DNA of 64,000 nucleotides from Dicyema japonicum (Eukaryota > Animalia > Dicyemida): contig RDEW01000002.1 in the NCBI GenBank assembly GCA_011109175.1, positions 2,210,997-2,274,996 of the forward strand, read 5' to 3'. A program made the translations under genes and the position numbers. Under the pieces are notes generated by a model. The model was not told the DNA's origin. It did no database searches and worked only from the letters and a program-made list of their open reading frames with translations. This document shows, piece by piece, positions 40,085 to 51,115 of the stretch (the stretch's first letter is position 1; each line of letters starts with the position of its first letter).

Positions 40085-41577
40085 GTTGAATGCGGCCCCC
40101 CAGGATTTTGGTGCGCCCCGCTTAAAATTATAAAAAAATATTACATATTTTACATAATGCAGTCGGATTTTAACTGTGCTTTTTCTTTCTGTTTGTTTCG
40201 TACAATAAACTTTTTATGGTTAAAAATTTTTTACATATTTTAACTATTGTTTTTAAATTAAATATTTTTTTGTATTAAATATTAATTAATATTGCTTGTG
40301 ATGTCTGGAATCGTGTTAAAAGAAATCAAATTTATATCTATGAAATCAAATCGCAAACTACAAACCACTTTGTTTAAACAGCCCATGTCATCAAGATCCG
40401 CTACAATAGCTTCTTTCAAAATTTGTCATCTACTTGCAAAAAATATGAAGCCGTATTCAGATGGAGAATTTATCAAGCAAGCTACTTATATTTACTGAAA
40501 AATGTTGTTCTTCAGAAATTAAAAAAATGTTATAAACTTACAGCTAAGCAACGATACAGTTACTCAGAGAATTGAGAGAATATCTGATGATATTCAATGC
40601 CAGCTATTCACTGAATCCAACTTTTTCGTACACTATTCTATTGCTCTTGACATCACTAAAGATATTAGTGATACAGAACAAATGGCTGTGTATATTCGAG
40701 GTGTCATCCCTGACTTCAAAATTTACGAAAAATTTTTCACGCTACGTGACTTTCATGGTTCTACTAAAGAGCTGATATATTCCGTGAATTTCGTGATTGC
40801 CTTGAAAAGGCACATTTGGATCTTTCAAAAATGTTTTCAATTGCCACAGATGGATGTCCTTCTATGGTTGGATGGAAAACTGGGTTTCAAGGTTGAGTCC
40901 TGTGATTTGGCATCACTGCATACTACATCAAGAAAATTTAGCTGCAAAATCTATGAAAATGGACCAATCGTAAATTTTATTCGCTCTCGTGCTTTAAATC
41001 ACCGCAATTTTAAGAAATTTCTCGAGGATGTTGATGCTGAGTATGGAGATTTGCTCATGCATACAACCGTACGATGGTTGAGTCGGGTATGAAAATATTT
41101 TCGTCATTTATGGAAACAGATGCTGCAACCATAGGTATATCAGCTGGAGCTAATTGAAATGAGGCAGATTTACAACTTACCGCACTATTTAAGTCAAGTG
41201 AACTATTGGATTTTTGGAGTCAAATTCCACAATAGAAATATCCGAACTTGGTCGATAATGCTCAAAAAAATGCATCAGTCTTCAGATCAACGTATGCATG
41301 TGAAGCTCTTTTCAGTAAACTTACGCGAATAAAAAGTAAGTATCGAAATCGATCGACAGGTGAACACCTAATTCAACTTTTACGTACATCGTCTTCGAAC
41401 TTTACTCCTCGTTTCGATAAAATAGTAGACGCCAAGCAAAATCAAGTCTCACATTGATTCTCTTATTACGTGATAAAGCCTTTTTTCTTTAATCAAATAA
41501 AATATTTTTTGTGCGGCCCGCAAAGATACTCTTAATTATCGATTTGGCCCTTGAGCTAAAAAGGTCGAGAACCCCTG
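40085..41577 (+). mobile_element. hAT Charlie/SPIN-like (GTF2IRD2/EPM2AIP1-like) transposon remnant
   Basis: KPYSDGEFIK; LSNDTVTQRI; SIALDITKDISDTEQMAVYIRGV; IRSRALNHRNFKKFL..HTTVRWLSR; STYACEALFS..KSKYRNR; right TIR CAGGGGTTCTC. Confidence 0.9.
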
Positions 41578-42409
41578 AACTAATGTGTCAATATCAATCA
41601 ATATCACAAAACGTCAATCGACAGTAGCGTGGTGTGACGTGGCCAAAAATATAATAGCACTTTCGCGAAAAAATTCGTGAATCTAAAGAAGCCTGAATAC
41701 AGAGGTTTCGTAAAATGTTCAGATGAATATCAAATAATCGAAATAATAGAAAACATCCTTACAATTCCCGACAAACATAATAAATTCCGACTCTTACAAA
41801 AATCAAAAAAATCATGTTGATTATCGACAAAATTCAATGAAATTCAAGATAATACTCAACAATATCGAGAATCGAATAATGAAAAAATATAACAAAATTA
41901 ACAAGCCCAATTCAATTTTTTTATAATTTTTTTCAAAACGGAGCGAAAGAGACAGGCAGATACTTCAGTTATGCTACATAAGAATGGATACAAAATATGT
42001 CAGAAATACTATACCAAGATTTGAATCGGGAATATCTCACTTAAAAAGTGTGAGACATAAAAAAATGCATTTATTATAATATAAAGTAATCTATCTTCTT
42101 TACAAGCCTATATTTTCGGTGCCTCGGAAGATTTTCGGGAAATTTATCATGCAAAGCATCTTTTAAAGTTTGAAATTCAACGCAATCTATCACAAAACCC
42201 TTGTAAGAAGCCATTGCAACAAAATAATCTTCCACGCTATAAATCACGCTAGAAATATAGGTTTACCGCTATAAAAAATAAAATCTTTATGATCATAACA
42301 TTTATGAATAAAAACTAATTTAACAAGATTAAATCACGATATAAATCGGATATACAAAATTAAATGTCGGATAATCAAAAGACCTTTTCAAGATCGAAAA
42401 AATGTAACA

Positions 42410-42790
42410 GGCTGCCCATGCGTTACGCGCCGCCCATGTGACATATTATCGTCGTCCAGGTCGCTCACCTTGTCACACCGCATTGAATAATGTTATTCTG
42501 CGAACTCTCGAGGCAGCAGGCTTCCCAGCTCAACTAGAGCCTGTCGGACTGGATCGTGGAGCTGGCAAGAGGCCAGACGAAATTACGCTTTTCTCATATT
42601 CAAAACCCAGAAGTAATCGGCCATTGGAGACAGATACTGATTCACAACAGTGGCTATAAAAACATCGGGAGCCGAGGATCCCTCAATGCGGCTTTTCTGA
42701 AAGAAATAGTAAAGAAACTAGGAAGCCGAAAAAAAGACCCCGGCGAATCGTTCTGGCTTGGAAACGCATAATAATCCTGTCTGCAAAGGA
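42410..42790 (+). mobile_element. CRE-clade 3' fragment
   Basis: [46 protein letters not shown]. Confidence 0.85.
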
Positions 42791-43308
42791 TTGATTATCT
42801 AAATCTTTCTTTTTTAATAAATCGTTCATTTAAAAAAATAAAAATATTATTGTCGTATGTACGCACGTTCCTGAATTTTCTCCATACTTCCCGTAAACCC
42901 AATATGAAGTATAAAAAAATTAAATGTTATCTTTCGGCGAGTTGTCCCTCAGCGATTGATAGGTTTTATCGCCGGTCTGGTATTCATGAAATGTCTTGCT
43001 CGACATTGGATACAGGATTTATTAACAGGTATGACTTGAGACTACCAGTCCAATGCTATTTCAACGAGAATATTTCTGTTTTTGTAAAACCTGGCAAAAG
43101 TGCCTGCCCACCCAAGAATCTGAGGCCTATGTCTACTAACATGTCTGAAAAAAACTATCATTGAATCAAAGTTGATTTAGACAAAAAGTCAACCGCTGAT
43201 ATCGTTTTGAGTCAGCGATGGCTTACGGGCTGATAAACGATATACATTCTGGGAGTTGACTTGTCTAGAACTATCGTGTAATCTACTGCATCTTCTCAAG
43301 GACAATTA

Positions 43309-43439
43309 CCGGGGTTTTCCAAAAATAAGCCCTTCGAAGGGCTTGCAATATTGATTTAATAAATTCTTGACGTTTTTTGTATTCGATTATTTTTTTGCCA
43401 TTGTTTTTTTGGCATAGGCTTATTTTAGGAAAACCCCGG
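43309..43439. mobile_element. Tc1/pogo-type MITE, 131 bp
   Basis: 23-bp TIR CCGGGGTTTTCC(A/T)AAAATAAGCC with TA on both sides. Confidence 0.85.
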
Positions 43440-44000
43440 TACTGAGGATTATACGATTTTTGTTGATGGATACTTTTGAAACATTCTCGACTAATATTGA
43501 CTCACTTTAACTAGTACTCTGCAATTTATTTGGAAGCTGCCTTGGGGGACGTTCGGAAAGAACTGAAGGCGTGGAGAAACTGATGTATAGAGACTATTAG
43601 ATTTTGTGTTTGACGATGTGGATTTGAATCAGTCGTGGATAAAGCCACGTGTATTTGAACAGATGCTCATCGAAAATTAACTGTCACCGCCAATTAGGTC
43701 TACCACGTTGACGAATTTTCGATTTCTCCCTCAGCACATATTCCTTTTCAGATTCTCAACTCTCTGATCGAAAGCATCCATTTTCGGACTGACGTCATTC
43801 CGTAGATCTCCACAATTCATTTCTTGACTTTAATCGTTCCCCCAAAACGAATGAAGTACTTCACTTTCATTTTGCGTTTTCCTGTTGTTTAAAGAAACTC
43901 CTTAAAAATATCAAAAGGTTCGTGCCGAGTTGTTTAATGCGTTGACGCGTTATAATCGTCGACGCAGAAACAATTTATTACGGAAAAGGTGGGCAAATGG

Positions 44001-44075
44001 TCATACAGCGGCCGTCCTGACTGCGTAGCCATTCCCTCTCAAGATAGCGAGATTCGCTCAAATAACCACAGCTCT
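44001..44075 (-). mobile_element. CRE 3' end remnant, family D
   Basis: Inverted homologue of 33970-34045. Confidence 0.7.
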
Positions 44076-45149
44076 CAGGGGGCTCGTAGACTATTTTTCA
44101 AAATGCGACATATTGTCCATTAATTTTAGAAAATCCCTTTTCGGGCTGTTTGGTTGAGACAACTAGAGGAAAGGCAAAGTGAGTGTATTTTTTAAATAAT
44201 CTGGGACTTAAAAGTCGTAACGAACGTGGAGTGTGTCATAATCTGAACTAAGCTGGCTACACGCATTTGATTGAAGAAAACTAAGATTTCTGATTGATAT
44301 CCAAAATTACTTAGATAATGCTGAAGTGGCACTTGCGAGAAAGTAATAGAAAGAATATTTGTGGTTTTCTTTCAAATCTAGGAAAAATGATTTTTTATTT
44401 AAATTCCTTGCAATTATTTTGTGAAGACAATTTTGGCAATTTTTGACTACTCGGGTCAAATGCACATTATTTGTTGACTTTCGGTAGTCTAGTTATTAGA
44501 CTAATAAGAACTGATTTTATAATAATAATAATGAAATTAATAAATCAGTAAACAATAATAATTACCATTAATTTATTATAATCAAATTAATTCACGTGTA
44601 ACGAAATTTAAGAAATTGTCAAAGTGAATTGGTCGCGAGTCGCCATGTGCTGCTATGTGGCTAGTTGGTCATAAATTATTTTCCTTCCTTCCGAAGGCGT
44701 CATTGGATCCACCCTACTGAGGAGACACCCAATGTCTGGTCGGCATCAAGAGGATCCACTTATTCTTTTCCGGGGACAATGTCATTACCTGGAGACAAGT
44801 TCTGGAATGCTGTAACAAGTCAGGATCAAGGAGTTAGTTAGTTTGGTTACCCTTGGTCTTTGGAATAATTTAATTTAACAAAAAATGGCAAACTGATAAA
44901 ACAAATCAGTTGGAAAAAAACTTGGAGAAAATTATTATTAATTGAAAATCATTTTTGTTAATAAATTGTTTTCCTTAAAAAATTGAAAATTGGAAAGGGA
45001 AATAATTTATCGATGTCACCACAATGGAAAATAATATTAATGGTAATTGTGCTATATTTTGAATGAATATCATCAACATAGAAAAATCTAGCTATTATAA
45101 GATTAGTTTAACAATGAGAACAAACCATCGTTCAGAGGAAGACCCAGAG

Positions 45150-45532
45150 TCACTCTACCCGTGGCTCTGAACAAGAATCTTAATGGAATTGGAAGAAAAC
45201 TTAAATCTGCAGAAGACCTGAAGATCTAAGGACAGATGCGCAAGAAGAGGCGATGGAGACGCAGAAGCAGATTTTGAAACGTGTGCCACAAACGGGACCT
45301 TAGTTAATATAACGTTCTTTGGTTCTGTGAAAGTGCTTTTAATAATAATAAGATCTGCTTCAATTTTGAGGTGAATGTGATCGAACCAGGGTCGTACGTG
45401 TATTCGAAGTTTTCTTTGTTCAGTACTTTTTCCAATGTCTTTTGAGTTCGACACCTCGTCTATGTTCATGAAAAAGAAACAAGGGTCTTTGTCCATCGGA
45501 AGGCTAAGTAAGCATTCCGTACAAGAGGGCAC
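45150..45532 (-). mobile_element. Penelope-like element RT fragment upstream of lectin copy 2
   Basis: KETSNTRTTLVRSHSPQN..KHFHRTKE resembles the PLE motif RKPTHT..SHHP..LFHRA; roughly 70 percent similar by eye to 22770-22960. Confidence 0.5.
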
Positions 45533-45765
45533 TACCGCCTAAATCTAGACCAATAAACCAACTAATCAGGAAAATAGTCGAGGAAATTCAAAAATAGAGA
45601 AATATAATTTTTATAATAATGATAAAAGAAAAATTTCCATTGTTGAAAACAATAAATTAATTAATCATTTTATTAATGTTATTGTTCAACAAAGAATAAA
45701 TAAAAATATTTTAATGTCCTAAAAATTAAAAGTAAATATAAGGCGACGAATCAGAATAATGTTAA

Positions 45766-48106
45766 ATGATTTTACTATTAGCTGTGACTCGTAAGTAAAT
45801 CTTTAACAATTTTAGTATTGACCAGTGACTGCTTCGGATGTATTCACTAATTCTATTATTTTAGTGAAGTTTTATGAAACTCCATACAATTACAAAGGAC
45901 ATGCGTATTACCTATCAGCATTAGACTGGTACTATGTGTACCACATTATTATTGTTACACTTATAAATATTATATCGTGTATATTGAAAATCAAGAAGAA
46001 AATGATGCTTTGAATAGTTTGAACTGTCTAGCAATTTTAGGCGTTATCTATAGAGACAGAGGTATTGGAGTATGGAGATTGGGTTATGGAACAGAAATTT
46101 TTTACGTTGATCACACATATTAAGCTATTGTATTATTCATTTAATAAAGCAGACATACTCCAATTGGGATTCTGCATCTTCAAAACCTTACTATTGGTTA
46201 GCAGTCAAAATGATGGCACGGTCAGGCAAATGGAGAGTCGCCAACCAATATCGTAAAGCATTCTGGATTTGTGAAGCAGGTAGTAGCAATAATAAAAATA
46301 GATAAAATCGCATCAAATGGACTAAATATAACTTCCGGGAAAAGGATCAATAGTTGAAAGCAAATTATAACTTTAGTACCCTACGACAGTATGACTACAT
46401 TCAGAGGACACACATATTACATCTATAAGGCAGCCAGGGACTATGCAACCGCAAGACAAATTTGCAAGTACGACCACAATGGTTATCTCTTCATTCCAAA
46501 TGATGGAACTGAAAACTGTGCTGTTCATGGTATTTATAAATTATCAATACAATTATAGAGTTAGTTGTTGCTCCATCTTTCGTTGGAATTCTAAATTATG
46601 GGAACAATACTTATATGACAGAAAAAAACTATTTAGCGGTTTTTAGATTTTAAATAATTTAGTCATATCTTCCATGGGGGTCACTGGATATGATATACAA
46701 AGAATGTGTGGTACGTGATTATATGACTGGAGAATTTGCAACCATGGATTGTCAAGAACCTGCATATATTATCTGTGAATCAGGTGTTTTTGTAATCTAA
46801 TAAAAACAGATTCCGTAATTAGTGGTGCCACCCCAAAAGACTGCAGTGAGAAACAAATTCCGTAGAATTCTAATATTTACTTTAGACTATTTTTCACAGA
46901 TATTTTATTTTCAGAACAATTCTTTCTATGTGTTTGACTTTTTGGCTACAAGAGATCAGGCACTTAATGTTTGTGCTATGAGAAATGCGGTTCTCTATGC
47001 TCCATTTAATTCCGTCGAAAATTGTGCTGTTTTTGGTTTTTATTTAAAACTTAATTATAGAAAATGTCGAATTCGATATTGGATTAAACTATGGCTCTGT
47101 CTCCCTTAATCACGTGCTCATGAGAGGAGACCAACTCAAATCAGTACTTTTCTTATTTTATTTAAGAATTTTACTAACTGGGATACAGGTTATCCTAAGG
47201 ATTCCAAAAAATATGGGTGCGTCTATGCTCAATATGCTTCGGGGAAATGGATTAACGATAAATGCTACAACACTCGATTCGTTTGTTATAAAAATGACAA
47301 TAATTGTTTAATTTGTTATTTATTTAGACAATTACTCCAACATAAACTGCACAAATAATTTCTGGCGTATAAATGAATAAATACTTTTAGATTTAGAAAA
47401 TGAGACATACTCAGTTAAATTAAATTCAAAAACTTACACAATGTTTGGGAGAATATTATCTTATCACGATTCTGCAAGACTCTGTTCTCAGTTTGGTCTT
47501 TCTCTGGTCAAGACAACTTCTACCTACGTAATTAAGGAATTGAATAAAGGTAATAGCAAACCTGATTTTAGAAATCAAAAATCAGAGATTTTTTATGGAC
47601 TACAGAGTTTTATGGAATGACACCACTCTTACGTGGATTGGGGATAAACCTGTTTCTATTAACAGTCTCATTATTAGGACCGTACTCCATGGGCTCCTAA
47701 CGAACCATTTTATAATGACGATGGAATAATTTGCATTACTGTTGCACAAAATGGATCATGGATTGCCACAAGATGCAAAGAAAAACACATAGCTGTCTGT
47801 GTTGGGCATCGTATGATGAATTTTTATAATTTAGATTCTGCAACCTTTTCAGCATCGAAATCTGGTAAACTTTGTTCTCTAAGCATATAGGTCCTTCCAA
47901 AAAGAGTGTTGGTCTTGGGGTCGGCATCTTTTTCGGCATTCTCGTAGTTATCGCGGTTGTAGTTGGCGTCTTTATATACAAAAAGTATATTTGATTAAAT
48001 AATCCTCAGAAAAAATCCCTCTTCATTTAACATTTCTTCATCATTCGGAAGTTTCAGACAAAGGTTTAATTTTTTAATTTTTTGTAGACGGGGATCTGTT
48101 GCCTAA
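45766..48106 (+). pseudogene. Four-domain C-type lectin type I membrane receptor (~620 aa if repaired), copy 2
   Basis: Introns: 45791-815, 45840-864, 46106(or 46130)-152, 46280-301, 46353-376, 46530-558, 46639-662, 46784-809, 46862-885, 47036-060, 47144-166, 47306-327, 47367-390, 47550-571, 47652-677, 47811-834, 47865-890, 47985-48009, 48064-087. CTLD motifs GHTYY..ARQIC, WDTGYP..GKWINDKC and WAPNEP..C..W..C; TM helix; tail ..RQRRGSVA*. A 2-nt deletion at about 46850 and the shared phase break at about 45940. Confidence 0.88.
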
Positions 48107-48539
48107 TCTTAGAATTACTAACCTCCGATAACTTATCTAACACATTTAATTTTAAAATGATCTAATTTTTTAAATTTGAGTTCTTTATATTTTAATTCAA
48201 TAACGCCGGAACCACTGAAAACCGATTCATTCAGTCCGTTTCGACGATCTCAATAATATTTCAAGGCAAAGCGATTAGATACCATTCAGCAGGTGCCTGA
48301 GTGAACGTCTATCCTAGTGCCTTTCTCAACTTCTCCATCGACACTAATTGCAAATCTTAACACGCTTTTTGTATACAATCCCTCACTCCATAGAGGAGAG
48401 CACTTGGAGAGCGCATCGGTCTCTAATCTCTTCCATATATACATTGAGTCTCCTCTCAGAAGTCAAACTCGATCTCGACATGCCAGATAGTAGAACGTAG
48501 TATTCATATATCAGAGATCTCGTATTTGATGATCTCAGA

Positions 48540-49035
48540 GACGGGAAACCAGCCATCAGTAATTTAAATAGAGGACTCAAAATGGATCACTTATTATCCA
48601 ATTCACTAGCTTATTTGGGCTTCTTGGCTGATACAACTGACCGAGTACGGTCGAGTACGGTCTTCTCAACGTGACGTTGAAAAACGCACTTCCTCTGCTG
48701 GCCATTACTGCATTTTGGAGCCAACTGGTCTCATCCGAGACGATGGCGAACACCCCGACTGGATGACAACATTCCCTTTTGCTAATGGTAGAAACCTGAT
48801 TTGGGACGCTACTCTCAGAAGAATTTGGCCACTTCAGTATCGGACCCAGGTCATGCTTCTAAACAAAGCGAGGATCACAAGAGAAGGAAGTATCAAAGCA
48901 GTATGGAGGATCACTTGTTTGTCCCATCTGCTGTTGAGATATCACGAATCATCCTGACAAAACACAAAGTGATCCATTTCATACAGGAGATTTATAAGCC
49001 TCCGGACAACAATTTATTCTTATTTTAGAAATATA
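48540..49035 (+). mobile_element. CRE-clade 3' fragment
   Basis: EPTGLIRDDGEHPDWMTTFPFANGRNLIWDAT; KRRKYQSSMEDHLFVPSAVE. Confidence 0.8.
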
Positions 49036-49039
49036 GCGA

Positions 49040-50490
49040 ATTAGGTTTAAAAAACTCTAGCAATTGCTTTTGCATGTCGCCGTTTTTGTAAGACAAGGCT
49101 AAGCGGATCTGAGGATCTACGCATCTTCACGTTTAGTCATTAGATTATTTCTATCAGCACTGTCTTGATGCGCCAGGAAAAAGGGACAACATCATTGTTT
49201 CTTGGGTATATTTTCCCGGCAAAACTTTCTAGGTAATTTAACTGTAATTTGTTTAATCGTTTGTTCAATTTCCCGGAGTTTTGGGCTCAGTATGCCACAA
49301 CATTGATTTTGTCCATAAACACTCGATTGTGAGGCTAATTTAAGTTCATAAACACTCGATTGTTGGCTTCCTCAACTGACATTTGTTTAATTGTTAAAAA
49401 ATTTTTAAATAAAAAAAATTAAGTTCTTGTGTCGTAGAACTCAGAGACTCCAGCTCCATCTCAGATTCACGCACAATATCACCGGAATGTGGTTGCTGCC
49501 AAAATACCTAAAGAGTTATCAGTACGTTCAGTTCCAACGTATTTTTTTAGTGGTATTAGCCACTTTTTCCCAGTTCCAACGTATTGTCTTCCTGGAGAGA
49601 CTTGACCCCAAGCATCTCAGTGCATTCATTGTATTTTTACATCAGCCCATCTATGCGCCCAGATGACGTCCACGGTCGATATTTTATCCAGGTTTCCGCT
49701 TTGACAGGGAATACAAAACTTTCAACTTTCTCCTTTAGTCGGAGCAGTATAATAAGGGCTAATGTTTTCCTAGTGTCTTATTAGAATAATTGGAGGTCCT
49801 TTGGTTCACCTGCCTTCGGTAGGGGAATTAACCATCCGCTACCAATAGTTAGTTCTTGGTCTTCTTCAAGAGCTTTATTTAGTGTTTGAGTGATAACCCC
49901 TGCCAGCTCGATAGGCCCAAGTTTGTTTTTGTAATTTCTTGATTTTGAATTTTTAAAATCAATAAAGTCAATTTTTGAGGTCAAATTTTTGATTTATAGT
50001 CAAAAAATCGCCCTAGTGATAAAATGTAAAATGTCAGCTTTTGTGGTTCTTTCCACGGTAGTCTTTGTTTCTTGGAGACAGCAAACCCCGATATGCTGAG
50101 ACCAAAGATCCCGTGCTAGTTGGTCCTTTTTGTGATTGAATTTCAGTTGAAACTTCCGAGAGAGAATCTGGAAGAAATTGCGAGCCACGAAAAGGTCATT
50201 TGTGCAAGAGAAGCACGTCACCACCTCAACCAAAAAAACTCAACATACAGGGTTTTCCGATTTGTTTAATAATTTCCCACTCTGTCATACAATTCGGCCA
50301 CCTGGGGGACATAAACAAGAGTTGGATAAACTTGACACGTTTCTCAGGGCCATTCTCAAAAAACAAAAACCGAGGAAAATATCGAATGAAAAATTATACA
50401 AAATATGCAACACTAAAGCAACAAGCCATGAAATTGTGGAGTCCAGATGGAGGCTATTTGGGAATGTCTGTGTAGTATTGCCGTTGAAGA
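49040..50490. mobile_element. Jumble of Jockey-like, CRE family A tail (49365-49400), RTE and hAT-end fragments
   Basis: 49090-49230 matches 39090-39230; GSGWLIPLPKAG; GVCCLQETK (APE); KISNEKLYKIC..RWRLFG; 49940-50018 matches the CGCCCTAGTG end at 14545-14625. Confidence 0.6.
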
Positions 50491-50939
50491 GTATTTTTTG
50501 ATGACCTGGATGATATTAGAATGGGAGCAAAGTCCAAAGGTGCTGAAACTGATGACAGTTTGGCTCAAACAAAACCCGATCTAGTCAGGGCAACGCGAAC
50601 GACGATTCACTAACTATACGTCACAGTCCGTCGGTGTTTGTGTTCTTTGACTGGGAATTAAAATTAAGACATGATTGACCACAATAAAACAACTTGGTCT
50701 CTCACAATAACATGGTTCTAGGTTCACTTAAATTTCAAGTGAAGTCAACTATTTTGTAGCACTTTTATCGTTAGAAGCCGTTAAACGCGTAAATTCTAAA
50801 AAAAGCTAATTTCTCGTTACGAGTAACGTAGTTGATATGGAAAAGCGGAGGGAACTATAGAGGAGCACTTCAGAAACCCCTGCTCCTGTTGAAGACTACA
50901 GGGATCACTTAATTAGTTGATTTAGCTCCCTCTTTCTTG

Positions 50940-51115
50940 ATGTTCCATATAAACGATCCGGTCCCGCAGTGAAATGTTCATTGATGATGGAGTCAATCGT
51001 CAAGCCAATGCATCTTAGATGTGTACCACATTCAACCGAAATGTACAGCAGCGAGATTCGAACTAGGGATTATCAGGCCTCTTGCCCGGGACTCGTTACA
51101 CTGCACCACCGTAAT
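50940..51115 (-). mobile_element. tRNA-derived SINE 5' half
   Basis: Minus strand GGTGGTGCAGTG (A-box-like) ..AGTTCGAATCTCGCTGCTG (B-box), colinear with 6108-6270. Confidence 0.75.

Noticed and set aside
46106-46152. Ciliate-type code (TAA read as Gln) to explain the in-frame TAA
   Set aside because: The lectin gene and several CRE ORFs terminate at TAA, and the paralogue has AAA here. Intronic placement or mutation is simpler.
46353-48087. Avoidance of stop-free 3n introns (NMD signature)
   Set aside because: Several 24-nt introns (46862, 47811, 48064) are stop-free, and the sample is too small.
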